64,000 nucleotides of DNA from Reyranella sp. (GTDB lineage Bacteria > Pseudomonadota > Alphaproteobacteria > Reyranellales > Reyranellaceae). The stretch covers positions 24,649-88,648 of the forward strand of contig JBKBLH010000023.1 in the NCBI GenBank assembly GCA_046296475.1, read 5' to 3'. This document shows positions 8,535 through 17,995 of this stretch, piece by piece. The translations under genes and the position numbers were made by a program. A model generated the notes under the pieces. That model worked only from the letters and a program-made list of their open reading frames with translations. It did not search any database and was not told the DNA's origin. Positions within the stretch are counted from its first letter, which is position 1. Each line of letters begins with the position of its first letter.

Positions 8535-10325
8535 CTACCCCTCGCGATACCAGTTCGCGAGGTCCCAGGTGTTGTTGTCCCAGCCGCTGAGCTCGACGAC
8601 GAGATCCGAGGCGGCGGCGGCGGCGTTCGGCCGCATCACCAGCGGGATCACCACATAGTTCTCGATCACCAGCTCGTTGCACCGGATGAGCAGGGCGGCG
8701 CGCTTCACCGGATCGAGTTCGACCTGGGCCGCCTTGTGCGTGGCGTCATATTCCTGGTTCTGCCAGCGCGTGATGTTGCGGCCCTGCCACTTGTTGTTTT
8801 TGGTGGCGACTTCCCAGGAGCAGAACTGGCGCAGGAAGACCTCGGGGTCGGGCGCGTTCATGCCGTTGCTGTATTCCTGAAGGTCGGCATAGAACTTGGT
8901 GTAGGTGTCGGGATTGGCGACGTCGGAGGAAAAGAACACCGAGGCCGTCACCGACTTCAGCTCCATCTCGATGCCGGCCCGCTGCGCGGCCTGCTTGATG
9001 ATCTGCTGCGTCTTCTGGCGCGGCTGGTTGATCGAGGTCTGGTAGACGAACTTCAGCCGCTTGCCATCCTTTGCCCGCACGCCGTCGGCGCCGCGCACCC
9101 AGCCCGCTCTGTCGAGCACGGCATTGGCCTTGTCGACGTTGAACTCGTAGGACGTCCTGGTCGAGCGGAAGCGCTCTGGATTGTTGATGTAGTTGGCCGT
9201 CGCGATGCCGATGCGGCCATAGATGTGATCCTGGATCGACTTCTTGTCGATCACCAGAGAGAGCGCCTCGCGTACCGCGCGGTCCGACAGGATCGGATGC
9301 CTGGTCTTGAGGCTGGACCGCTCGCCGTCGACCTCGGTCCACGGATCGGTGTTGTTCAGCTGCATATGCTCGATGCCGCCGCCCAGAGTCACGATGACCC
9401 GTCCCTTGCCGCCCTTCTCCATGCGCACGAGGATCTCGTCCTCGACCTGCAGGTTCCAGGCGAAGTGGTATTCGCCGGTCTGCAGCACGGCGCGCGCCGC
9501 CGACACCGCATCGCCGCCGCCCTTCATCTCGATCGCGTCGAAGTGCGGCCGGTTGGGCTCGTGATAGTCGGTGTTGATCTCGCCGGTCACGAGATCGCCC
9601 GGCTTGAAATCCTTGAACTTGTAGGGCCCGGTCCCGACCGGCCTGAGGTTGGTCGGCGCCTCGCGCGACTTCGTGCTCCTGTAGTCGCCGAACAGGTGCT
9701 TCGGGATGATGCAGCCGGCCCAGCCGACGAAGGTATCGGCCCAGAACGGGGTCGGCTGCTTGAATTTCACGCGCACGGCATGGTCGTCGACCTTCTCGAC
9801 CGTGACGTCGCGATAGGAACCGTTCGACACGGTCGCCGTGGCCGGGTCGCGGGAATATTCCCAGGTGAACACCACGTCGTCAGCGGTGAAAGGCCTGCCG
9901 TCGTGCCAGCGCACGTTCCGCTTCAGCTTCCAGATCACCCAGAGGCCATCGGCCGACAGCGTGCCGTCGGCCCGGTTGGGAATCGAGGCCGCGAGCTTGG
10001 GCCTCAGGTTGCCGTCGCGGTCCCACGCCGCCAGCGGCTCGTAGAAAAGCCGCGACGCGTCCTGGTCCTTGGTACCTACGGCGAAATGCGGATTGAGCAG
10101 CGTCGGTCCCTGCCACCACATCACCTTGAGCAGGCCGCCGCCTCCTCGTTTGGTGGGCTTGTAGACCGGCTTCGACTGCGCCATCGCCAGCCCCGACAGC
10201 GCCAGCAGCTGGGTCGCCATCGGGGCGGTCAGGCCCGCCGCCGCCAGGCGCCGGATGAAGCCGCGGCGCGACAGCCGGCCGGCCTTCACCTTGTCGACGA
10301 GGCTACGCAAGCCACGCTCGTTCAT
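8535..10325 (-). CDS. ABC transporter substrate-binding protein, family 5 (peptide/nickel/opine type), Tat-type signal
   Basis: 596 aa from ATG 10325, preceded by GGAGG 5 nt upstream. The signal is MNERGL...SRRGFIRRLAAAGLTAPMATQLLALSGLAMA. The rest of the 993-aa track ORF (10326-11516) is antisense to trpS. No permease or ATPase genes are adjacent. Confidence 0.85.
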   Translation of the reverse strand: MNERGLRSLVDKVKAGRLSRRGFIRRLAAAGLTAPMATQLLALSGLAMAQSKPVYKPTKRGGGGLLKVMWWQGPTLLNPHFAVGTKDQDASRLFYEPLAAWDRDGNLRPKLAASIPNRADGTLSADGLWVIWKLKRNVRWHDGRPFTADDVVFTWEYSRDPATATVSNGSYRDVTVEKVDDHAVRVKFKQPTPFWADTFVGWAGCIIPKHLFGDYRSTKSREAPTNLRPVGTGPYKFKDFKPGDLVTGEINTDYHEPNRPHFDAIEMKGGGDAVSAARAVLQTGEYHFAWNLQVEDEILVRMEKGGKGRVIVTLGGGIEHMQLNNTDPWTEVDGERSSLKTRHPILSDRAVREALSLVIDKKSIQDHIYGRIGIATANYINNPERFRSTRTSYEFNVDKANAVLDRAGWVRGADGVRAKDGKRLKFVYQTSINQPRQKTQQIIKQAAQRAGIEMELKSVTASVFFSSDVANPDTYTKFYADLQEYSNGMNAPDPEVFLRQFCSWEVATKNNKWQGRNITRWQNQEYDATHKAAQVELDPVKRAALLIRCNELVIENYVVIPLVMRPNAAAAASDLVVELSGWDNNTWDLANWYREG

Positions 10326-10541
10326 CGATGCCTCCATCGCGATCATCGAAGCTACCCTGGCGCTCCTGCTATGCTGCAAGATGCGTGCAATTCGATGGCA
10401 ACAGCTTGAGCCGGCGTCGTCAACCGCGCCGCCTTGATTAACCGGCCGGTCTGCGCGATACCCGCGCGCCCTGGCCTTCCACCGGCGGGGTGCGCGGAGG
10501 TCCAAACCCCGCGCCATCGACCTCCAGCGGAGTCCACATCC

Positions 10542-11615
10542 ATGCCTGACGCGATCCCCGCCGCCGCCGGCGCACCCAACCCGCATCTCGCCGCCTACGA
10601 GGCGCGCGGCCTCAAGGGCCGTATCCTTTCGGGCGTGCAGCCCACCGGTAATCTCCATCTCGGCAACTATCTCGGCGCGATCCGCAACTTCGCGCGCCTG
10701 CAGAACGACTACGAGTGCCTGTACTGCGTGGTCGACCAGCATGCGATCACCGTGTGGCAGGAGCCGGCCCAGCTCGCCGCGCAAACGCGCGAGATCGCCT
10801 CGGCCTTCCTCGCGGCCGGCGTCGACGGCACCAAACAGATCGTCTTCAACCAGTCGATGGTGCCCGAGCACGCGCAGCTCGCCTGGATCTTCAATTGCGT
10901 GGCGCGCATGGGCTGGATGAGCCGCATGACGCAGTTCAAGGAGAAGGCCGGCAAGGACCGCGAGAACGTCTCGCTCGGCCTGTTCGCCTATCCGGCACTG
11001 ATGGCGGCCGACATCCTGATCTACAAGGCCACCCACGTGCCGGTCGGCGAGGACCAGAAGCAGCATCTCGAGCTGACGCGCGACATCGCCATCAAGTTCA
11101 ACAACGACTTCGCCCAGCCCGACTTCTTCCCGATCACCGAGCCGCTGATCTTCGGCGCGGCGACGCGCGTGATGAGCCTGCGCGACGGCACCAAGAAGAT
11201 GAGCAAGTCCGACCCGTCGGACTATTCGCGTATCAACCTCACCGACGATGCCGATGCGATCGCCCAGAAGATCCGCCGCGCCAAGACCGACCCGCTGCCG
11301 ATGCCCGATACGCTGGCCGACGCCGAGAAGCGGCCGGACGCCGACAATCTGCTGGGCATCTATGCCGCCCTGGCCGACCAGGAGAAGGAGGCCGTGATCG
11401 CACAGTTCGCCGGCAAGCAGTTCTCCGAGTTCAAGACGGCGCTGACGGAGTTGGCCGTGGCCAAGCTCGGCCCGATCGGCGCGGAGATGCAGCGGCTGAT
11501 GAAGGACCCCGGCCATGTCGACGGCGTACTGCGCAACGGCGCCCAGCGCGCCCGCGCCGTCGCCGCGCCGATCCTCGACGAGGTCTACCGCGCGGTCGGC
11601 TTCCTCAAGCCTTAG
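10542..11615 (+). CDS. trpS: tryptophan--tRNA ligase
   Basis: 357 aa from ATG 10542. It has the class I motifs ([17 protein letters not shown] = HIGH region, KMSKSD = KMSKS). Confidence 0.92.
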   Translation: MPDAIPAAAGAPNPHLAAYEARGLKGRILSGVQPTGNLHLGNYLGAIRNFARLQNDYECLYCVVDQHAITVWQEPAQLAAQTREIASAFLAAGVDGTKQIVFNQSMVPEHAQLAWIFNCVARMGWMSRMTQFKEKAGKDRENVSLGLFAYPALMAADILIYKATHVPVGEDQKQHLELTRDIAIKFNNDFAQPDFFPITEPLIFGAATRVMSLRDGTKKMSKSDPSDYSRINLTDDADAIAQKIRRAKTDPLPMPDTLADAEKRPDADNLLGIYAALADQEKEAVIAQFAGKQFSEFKTALTELAVAKLGPIGAEMQRLMKDPGHVDGVLRNGAQRARAVAAPILDEVYRAVGFLKP

Positions 11616-11618
11616 CCG

Positions 11619-13370
11619 TCAGCCTTCCATCCGCGTGAGGGCCCACTTCACCGTGGTGCCCTCCGTCGGGACCTGGCCGACCAGCACGATCTGCTCGGTG
11701 CGGCGCACCCGCCCGGCCTCGCCGAGATAGATGCTCTCGGCCAGGCCGATGCCGGCGCCGGTCGCGCGCAGCCGCCAGCCGCGACCGCTTGGCAGCCGCA
11801 TCAGCACGGCCTGCCCGCTCTGCGCCAGGGTCGCCTTGACCGTCGGATGCAGGTGGAAGCGCACGATATAGCGCCGGTCCGGCACGGTGACCGGCCGGCC
11901 CTCGTAGCCCAGGAACGAATCCTCGCCGCGCAGGTCGCCGCCGTCGGGCGACAGCCACAGGCGCCGGCGATGGATGATGCCGTAGAGCGAGCGATAGCCG
12001 TCATGGCACATGTCGAGCCACTGCGCCCCGGCATCGTCGGCCCGATCGATCAGCACGTTGCCGGCGCGATACTCGAGCGCGCCGTGGTTGGTGATCTCGG
12101 TCGAGTTCACGTCATCGACCACCGCCGTCGAATGCGCGGCCGTGAAGCGCATGAAATGCTGCCAGTCGCGCGGCGCGCCGGGATAGGTGCCGCAGTTCAC
12201 GATCAGCCGTTCGTGCGCGGCGCTCATCTCGAAGCTGAGCGTGCCGGCATGGGCGATGCCGTCCATGCCGCGGCCCGGCGGGCTGCCGGCGTCGGCGATC
12301 ACCAGCGAGGTACCGGCGGCCAGCCGCTGGAAGCCGCTCGCCAGCGCCATCGTCGGCGCGACTTCGCCCGAGCCGCTGCGCGCCAGCACCAGATCGATCA
12401 GGCGGCGGTCGCCCTCCCAGGTGCCGTTGAACAACGCGAGGCCGCCGTCGCCATGGCGGAAGAAGCGGAGCATCGGCGCCATGCGGTCGACCGCGGCCAC
12501 CAGTTCGGCCGGCGCGCGGCGTTCGGCCGAAGCGAGGGCCGAGCGGATGTCGATGAGGTCCCGCAACACCGTGAGTTGCAGGTGCGGCGCACGCTCGGAC
12601 ACGATGCCGTCGTGCAGCACGTAGCGCTTCAGGAACTTCGAGAGCCGTGCCAGCCACTGCTCCAGGCTCTTCTCGAAGGTCTTGCCGTCGCGGATGAACG
12701 CGAGGTCGGCGAAGATCAGCGCCTTGTAGACGGAAACGGCCTCATGGCCGACCATGCCACGACGCGCGACGCGCCGCAGATGCACCCGCTGGCGGCCGAG
12801 CGAGAAGACGAAGCGGGCCGAGAAGCCGGAATCGGCGGCGGCCGCCATCCATTCATAGTGCCGGATCCAGGCGACCATGCGCGCCGCCAGCACGCTGCGC
12901 TTCCACGTCACCGGCGACCAGCGCCACTCTCGGTTGGTCCAGTCGTCGACCAGCTTCGCGGCGAGCAGGGCGCCGTGCGGATCGCCGGTGTCGCGCAGAT
13001 CTCGCAGCCAGCCGAAACCGTTCAGAGCATCCAGCCAGAGCGGCGCGGCGCCGGCGCGCTGCCAGGGCGGATCCTCGGATTCCGGCAGCACCGGGCCGGC
13101 GCTGCCGGAGGCCGCGAACTCGCCCGCCAGCAGCAGCCGTTGCCCCAGCACCGGATCGCCCGGCCAGGTATCGGCGGCCACCGCGAAGAAACTGCGCGGC
13201 GTCGCCTGGCTCAGGGTCAGTGAATAGAGCGACGAGCCCAGAAGCCAGCGGCCGAACGCACGACGCTCCCCCTGTGCCGCGGCGGACGGCCGGGCTGGAA
13301 CGGAACGGATGGGCCGGGCGCCGGAAACCAAAGGTTCCCCGGGCCGTCTTGTGTCAGCGACCAACGTCAT
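11619..13370 (-). CDS. heparinase II/III family protein
   Basis: 583-aa ORF (…FRHGDGGLALFNGTWEGD…HAGTLSFEMSAAHERLIVNCGTYPG…AHSTAVVDD…), recognised as heparinase II/III-like from memory of the family. Confidence 0.7.
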   Translation of the reverse strand: MTLVADTRRPGEPLVSGARPIRSVPARPSAAAQGERRAFGRWLLGSSLYSLTLSQATPRSFFAVAADTWPGDPVLGQRLLLAGEFAASGSAGPVLPESEDPPWQRAGAAPLWLDALNGFGWLRDLRDTGDPHGALLAAKLVDDWTNREWRWSPVTWKRSVLAARMVAWIRHYEWMAAAADSGFSARFVFSLGRQRVHLRRVARRGMVGHEAVSVYKALIFADLAFIRDGKTFEKSLEQWLARLSKFLKRYVLHDGIVSERAPHLQLTVLRDLIDIRSALASAERRAPAELVAAVDRMAPMLRFFRHGDGGLALFNGTWEGDRRLIDLVLARSGSGEVAPTMALASGFQRLAAGTSLVIADAGSPPGRGMDGIAHAGTLSFEMSAAHERLIVNCGTYPGAPRDWQHFMRFTAAHSTAVVDDVNSTEITNHGALEYRAGNVLIDRADDAGAQWLDMCHDGYRSLYGIIHRRRLWLSPDGGDLRGEDSFLGYEGRPVTVPDRRYIVRFHLHPTVKATLAQSGQAVLMRLPSGRGWRLRATGAGIGLAESIYLGEAGRVRRTEQIVLVGQVPTEGTTVKWALTRMEG

Positions 13371-13481
13371 CTTTTCGTTCTTTGGCCCGGGAGGCTCGAG
13401 CGGCCGGGCGGTGGAGGGGTTTTAAGCAGTTTACCCCAGCCGGAGCCCTCTGGCGATGGGTTGCCGGGTGTCAGGAGGGCC

Positions 13482-13509
13482 CTTGAACGGCGAACGCTGC
13501 ACCCCAGAT
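13482..13509 (+). promoter_or_regulatory. sigma-32 (RpoH)-type promoter candidate for hsp20
   Basis: CTTGAA (13482-13487), 14-nt spacer, CCCCAGAT (13502-13509). This compares with the heat-shock consensus CTTGAA-N13-15-CCCCATnT. Confidence 0.6.
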
Positions 13510-13518
13510 TCATTCCAA

Positions 13519-13572
13519 GGGAACGCCCACTCGGGGTTCCCCGCCACTCGCTCCACGGAGGAGGGTTTCAGG
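13519..13572 (+). promoter_or_regulatory. ROSE-like RNA thermometer candidate in the hsp20 5' UTR
   Basis: Hairpin 1 spans 13519-13541 (GGGAAC...GTTCCC with an inner CCC/GGG pairing). Hairpin 2 spans 13547-13563, where CUCGCUC pairs with the GAGGAG Shine-Dalgarno region and G13550 is bulged. That matches the U(U/C)GCU anti-SD signature. Confidence 0.55.
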
Positions 13573-14034
13573 ATGAGTCGCGTTTCCATGTTTAGTTCAC
13601 CCCTGCTGCTGGGTTTCGACCAGTTCGAGCGGACGCTTGACCGGCTGGCCAAGAACGCCGAGGGCTACCCGCCCTACAATATCGAGCGGATCGGCGAGAA
13701 CGGGCTGCGCATCACCCTTGCCGTTGCCGGCTTCGCGACTGACGAACTCGCCATCGAACTCGTCGAAAATCAGCTCACCGTCCGCGGCAAGCAGGCCGAC
13801 GATGGTGACAGGGTTTACCTCCATCGTGGCATCGCCGCCCGCCAGTTCCAGCGCGCCTTCATGCTGGCCGATGGGATCGAGGTGACGGGAGCCCGTCTCG
13901 ACAATGGCCTGTTGGCGATCGACCTGGTGCGGCCGGTGCTCGAGCCGCGCATTCGAACCATACGCATCGACGCCGGCCGTGTCGGCGGTACCGCGGACCA
14001 TACGATCGATATCACCGCACGTCGCAGCCGTTGA
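13573..14034 (+). CDS. Hsp20/alpha-crystallin family small heat-shock protein (IbpA-like)
   Basis: 153 aa from ATG 13573 (…YPPYNIERIGENGLRITLAVAGFATDELAIELVENQLTVRGK…HRGIAARQFQRAF…). Confidence 0.9.
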   Translation: MSRVSMFSSPLLLGFDQFERTLDRLAKNAEGYPPYNIERIGENGLRITLAVAGFATDELAIELVENQLTVRGKQADDGDRVYLHRGIAARQFQRAFMLADGIEVTGARLDNGLLAIDLVRPVLEPRIRTIRIDAGRVGGTADHTIDITARRSR

Positions 14035-14068
14035 GGCCGGGCGCGTTGATGCTGCGAAGGAGGTAGCC

Positions 14069-14296
14069 ATGGAAAACGAAAACAACGTCGCGATGTTCAC
14101 CCCCCTCGCCGAAGAGGCCTTCCTGAGCCTCGGCGCCGAGCACATCGCCTATGTCAAGGAAGTCAGCCTTCCCGACGGAGCGCACGCCGTGGGAATCTTC
14201 TCGGCCGACGGCAAGCCGATGGCTTCGGTTCCTTCGATCGAGATTGCGCAGGCGCTGATCCGTCAGCACGAACTCGAGCCTGCGCTCGTGCACTGA
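14069..14296 (+). CDS. DUF1150 family protein
   Basis: 75 aa from ATG 14069, preceded by AAGGAGG. This small partner is commonly found downstream of alphaproteobacterial hsp20 genes (…HIAYVKEV…GIFSADGKPMA…). Confidence 0.7.
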   Translation: MENENNVAMFTPLAEEAFLSLGAEHIAYVKEVSLPDGAHAVGIFSADGKPMASVPSIEIAQALIRQHELEPALVH

Positions 14297-14304
14297 GGCG
14301 TTCT

Positions 14305-14321
14305 TTCGGGAAGTCCCCGAA
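14305..14321. terminator. hairpin between convergent DUF1150 and ptsN genes
   Basis: TTCGGG-AAGTC-CCCGAA forms a 6-bp stem in a 35-nt convergent gap. Confidence 0.35.
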
Positions 14322-14331
14322 CCGGGTTGGG

Positions 14332-14802
14332 TCAGGCGGCGCTTTGCGCCTGCACCGTTTCGACGAGCAGCGCGTAGAGCGCCTCCGCGTTTTCGGTCGC
14401 CCGCAGCTTCTCGACGAGGCTGCGGTCGCGCAGGAGACGCGACACGCGCGCCAGTGCCTTGAGGTGATCGGCTCCGGCGCCTTCCGGCGTGACAAGCAGG
14501 AAGACGATGTCCACCGGGCGCTCGTCGATCGCGTCGAAATCGACCGGCTGGGCAAGCCGGGCAAAGACGCCCATGGGCTTCGCCATCGTCGACAAGCGGC
14601 CGTGCGGGATGGCGATGCCGCCACCGATGCCGGTCGAGCCGAGCCGTTCCCGCTCGAGCAAACGGTCGAACAGCTTGCGCTCGTCGACGTCGAAAAGACC
14701 GGAGGCACGGTTGGCGAGTTCGGCCAGGAGCGCCTTCTTACCGGTCGCCTTGGCGCTGGCCAGAACGGCAGCCGGGCCGGTCAGCAAATCGGCGATTTCC
14801 AC
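14332..14802 (-). CDS. ptsN: PTS IIA-like nitrogen regulatory protein PtsN (EIIA-Ntr)
   Basis: 156 aa with the phosphorylatable-His region GIGGGIAIPHGRL. It lies directly downstream of rpoN. Confidence 0.9.
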   Translation of the reverse strand: MEIADLLTGPAAVLASAKATGKKALLAELANRASGLFDVDERKLFDRLLERERLGSTGIGGGIAIPHGRLSTMAKPMGVFARLAQPVDFDAIDERPVDIVFLLVTPEGAGADHLKALARVSRLLRDRSLVEKLRATENAEALYALLVETVQAQSAA

Positions 14803-14921
14803 AATATCACCAATGGGTTAGCGAGCGCGAACTTTGGTACTCCCTGCAAAGGGTGCGCCCCTATAGGCGCCTCCCCCGGTCGGGTCAAGCCATGGTTCGC
14901 CGGCACGCCGCGCGGCCCGGC

Positions 14922-16457
14922 TCAGTCCGCCGACCCGCTCATCGCCTGGGCGGCGGTGGCGTGCGGCAGACCCGCCGGCATCTGACGGCTCATGCCCAGC
15001 CGGCCGAGACGACGACGTTCCGCCGACGAAGGTATGCGCATCGCCTCGCGATATTTGGCGACGGTGCGGCGCGCAATCTCGATACCCTCGCCCTTCAGCA
15101 GGTCGACGATGCGATCGTCGCTGAGCGGCTGATGCGCGTTCTCCCCGCCCACCAGGAGCCGGATGCGGGAGCGCACCGACTCGGAGGAGACGACGACACC
15201 CGGCGTCCGCGCCGGCAGCGCCGATGTGAAGAAGTACTTCAGCTCGAAGATGCCGCGAGGCGTGTTGATGTACTTGTTCGAGGTGACGCGGCTCACCGTG
15301 CTCTCGTGCAGCTCGGTGGCGATGGCGATGTCGCGCAGAACAAGCGGCTTCAACGCGCTGACGCCGTGCCGAAAGAAGCCGTCCTGCTGGCGCACGATTT
15401 CGCGCGCGACCTTGAGGATCGTGGTGGCCCGCTGCTCCAGCGTCTTGACCAGCCAGTTGGCCGACTGGAACCGCTCGGCGACGAAGTCGCGATCCGGCTT
15501 GGCGCGCGCGCCCTTCATCAGCGTCGCGTGATAGTTGCGGTCGACCAGGACCTTGGGCAGCGCGTCGGTGTTGAGCTCGATGTGCCAGCCATCCTCGCCG
15601 GTATCTGGATCCTTGGCCGTCGTCAGGTACAGGTCGGGCTGAACCGGCTGGATCGGTTCGAACTCGAAGGCCTGGCCCGGACGGGGGTCGAGCGTGCGCA
15701 ACTCGGCCAGCATGTCGCGCAGGTCCTCGTCGTCGACACCGCAGCGACGTCGGAGCTGGCCGAGTTCACCGGCCGCCACGAGGTCGAGATTGTCGAGCAG
15801 CGCCTTCATCGCCGGATCGAGGCGGTTGCGTTCTGCAAGTTGCGCTGCGAGGCATTCTGCAACGGTGCGGGAAAAGAGCCCGGCCGGCTCCATCTGGCGC
15901 AGCCGCGTCCAGATCTTCTCGACGAGTGCGACGTCGGTGGCCACGCCCTCGGCGACGGCGGCCGCGTCGAGCCGGCAATAGCCGGTCTCGTCGAGGCCTT
16001 CGGCGATCCTCACGGCGATGCGGCGTTCCGCCGGGTCCTCGAACATCAGCTCGATCTGTTCGAGTACATGGACGGCCAGCGACCGCGGACGCTCGGCCAC
16101 GAAATCGAGTGCTTCGGGCGCATCCTCGCGCTGCCCGGCGCGGCTTGCGGCAGCGTCGCCGCCACGATCGGCGTGTTCGCGGGTCCAGCGATCGTCGGCA
16201 TCGGCAAGGGCCGGCGCGGCCGCGGACAGCGCGTCGGCCGTATCGCGTGGCGCTTCGATCGCAGGGGCTTCGTTGTCGGGCGAAGGTCCGTCTTCCGGGG
16301 CGCCCTCGCTCAACAGCGGGTTCTTCTCCAGCTCCTGCTGGATGAAAGCGGCAAGCTCGAGGTGCGAGAACTGCAGCAGCTTGATGGCCTGCTGGAGCTG
16401 CGGCGTCATCGCCAAGGTCTGACGCGACGCGAGGATTAGACTTGGACCGATACGCAT
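14922..16457 (-). CDS. rpoN: RNA polymerase sigma-54 factor RpoN
   Basis: 511 aa from ATG 16457 (MRIGPSLILASRQTLAMTPQLQQAIKLLQFSHLELAAFIQQELEKNPLL). The C-terminal RpoN box is ARRTVAKYR. Confidence 0.93.
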   Translation of the reverse strand: MRIGPSLILASRQTLAMTPQLQQAIKLLQFSHLELAAFIQQELEKNPLLSEGAPEDGPSPDNEAPAIEAPRDTADALSAAAPALADADDRWTREHADRGGDAAASRAGQREDAPEALDFVAERPRSLAVHVLEQIELMFEDPAERRIAVRIAEGLDETGYCRLDAAAVAEGVATDVALVEKIWTRLRQMEPAGLFSRTVAECLAAQLAERNRLDPAMKALLDNLDLVAAGELGQLRRRCGVDDEDLRDMLAELRTLDPRPGQAFEFEPIQPVQPDLYLTTAKDPDTGEDGWHIELNTDALPKVLVDRNYHATLMKGARAKPDRDFVAERFQSANWLVKTLEQRATTILKVAREIVRQQDGFFRHGVSALKPLVLRDIAIATELHESTVSRVTSNKYINTPRGIFELKYFFTSALPARTPGVVVSSESVRSRIRLLVGGENAHQPLSDDRIVDLLKGEGIEIARRTVAKYREAMRIPSSAERRRLGRLGMSRQMPAGLPHATAAQAMSGSAD

Positions 16458-16540
16458 GTCACCCCACCCCTGAAGGTCTGTGGACCTCCCCGTGGGAACC
16501 TTACAGCAAGAACCGTGCCAAAACCAGCACGGTCTGAATT

Positions 16541-17164
16541 TCAATGTGCGAAAATGTCGGTTTCGGGCCAGCCGGCAATGTCGAGGCGCGCGCGCGTGGG
16601 GAGAAAGCGGAAGGCGGCGTCCGCCAATTCCCGGCGACCTTCGCGTTCCAGGAGCACGTCCAGCTTCGCCTTCAGCGCATGGAGATGCAGCACGTCTGAA
16701 GCGGCATAGGCGAGCTGCTCGTCCGTGAGACTATCGGCGCCCCAGTCCGAGGTCTGCTGATGCTTGGAAAGATCGACACCGAGCAGTTCGCGGCACAGGT
16801 CCTTCAGTCCGAAGCGATCGGTGAAGGTGCGCACCAGCTTGGCGGCGATCTTGGTGCAATAGACCGGCTCGCAGCGCACGCCGAGCGAATGCTCGAGCAC
16901 GGCGATGTCGAACCGTCCGAAATGAAAGAGCTTCAGCACCTTCGGATCGGCGATCAGGGCGGCCAGACGCGGCGCCTTGGCCGCGCCCCTGGGCGCGCCA
17001 CGCGGGATCTGGACCAGATGGGCATTGCCGTCGCCCGCCGAGAGCTGAACCAGGCAGAGCCGGTCGCGATGCGGGTTGAGCCCCATGGTCTCGGTGTCTA
17101 TGGCAACGACGGAGCCGAACGAAACGTCCGCGGGAAGATCGCCACGGTGAAGGCTGATCGCCAT
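16541..17164 (-). CDS. rnd: ribonuclease D-like 3'-5' exonuclease (short alphaproteobacterial type)
   Basis: 207 aa with a DEDD exonuclease motif (VAIDTETMGLNPHRDRLCLVQL) and AASDVLHLHAL. Confidence 0.8.
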   Translation of the reverse strand: MAISLHRGDLPADVSFGSVVAIDTETMGLNPHRDRLCLVQLSAGDGNAHLVQIPRGAPRGAAKAPRLAALIADPKVLKLFHFGRFDIAVLEHSLGVRCEPVYCTKIAAKLVRTFTDRFGLKDLCRELLGVDLSKHQQTSDWGADSLTDEQLAYAASDVLHLHALKAKLDVLLEREGRRELADAAFRFLPTRARLDIAGWPETDIFAH

Positions 17165-17441
17165 CTGGAAATGCTCCGGCTGGGCAGTACGTCGTCCGGA
17201 GGTAGACCAGCCGGATGACGTCTAGACTGTCGAAAGCCCACATGAACATGCGAGCGTACGCGCAGTCCTTACGCCACAGCGGGTGCGCAGTCCATCATGC
17301 CGGAGCTGGGCGAATGAGCGCGATGAGCGCCGCCGTCAGCTCGGCACGAAATTCGTCGCGCAGACCGCAATCGTCCCGCAAGCGAAGTTGTTGCTATACT
17401 GGTTCGTCCCATCGGACCGGGACGCTTAGAGTAAAGATGCG

Positions 17442-17702
17442 ATGAGCTACATTGTATTCGCCATCGTGGGCTTGTTCTCCGTCGTCGGCGCCATCGTGGG
17501 ATGGCGGCGCGCGACCGAGAAGATCGAGAACCCGCCCGGCAAGTATGATTTTCCCGGCGGCATGAGCCGCCGCGACCATCTGCGCCTTCTCGCCCGCAAG
17601 CACCGCCAATGGCGAATTCCGATCACCTTGGCCTATGCAATCGCCGGCGGCGCCGCGGCCTTCGCCCTTCTGATGGTCTACGCCAACTTCATCCGACGGT
17701 GA
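17442..17702 (+). CDS. hypothetical small membrane protein (two predicted TM helices)
   Basis: 86-aa ORF with hydrophobic N- and C-terminal segments (YIVFAIVGLFSVVGAIVGW; ITLAYAIAGGAAAFALLMVYANFI). I recognise no family. Confidence 0.4.
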   Translation: MSYIVFAIVGLFSVVGAIVGWRRATEKIENPPGKYDFPGGMSRRDHLRLLARKHRQWRIPITLAYAIAGGAAAFALLMVYANFIRR

Positions 17703-17776
17703 TCCGACATCGGCGTGACTGGCCGCCCGGCGGAGCGGCAGATCAATCGAACGGCGTGCAGGAGAAACCAGCCGCA

Positions 17777-17861
<85 letters not shown>

Positions 17862-17958
17862 ACGGCATGCGGTCTAGTGCGGGCGCTGAGTTAGGGCCGT
17901 GCCGCGCCGATGTCAACCGCGCTGCACGTTCGCGCCCGGCGGCGGCGGCGCTTCGCCC

Positions 17959-17986
17959 CTTGAACCGTCATGGCATTGGGCTATAG
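17959..17986 (+). promoter_or_regulatory. sigma-70-type promoter candidate (alphaproteobacterial CTTGAC-N17-CTATAT type)
   Basis: CTTGAA (17959-17964), 16-nt spacer, CTATAG (17981-17986). The -10 element ends only 9 nt before ATG 17996. Confidence 0.35.
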
Positions 17987-17995
17987 GCAGCATCC

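Noticed and set aside
10326-11516. N-terminal 397 aa of the 993-aa track ORF 8535-11516
   Set aside because: This part is antisense to trpS and has no family resemblance. The SBP homology, a Tat signal and a GGAGG ribosome-binding site all begin at ATG 10325.
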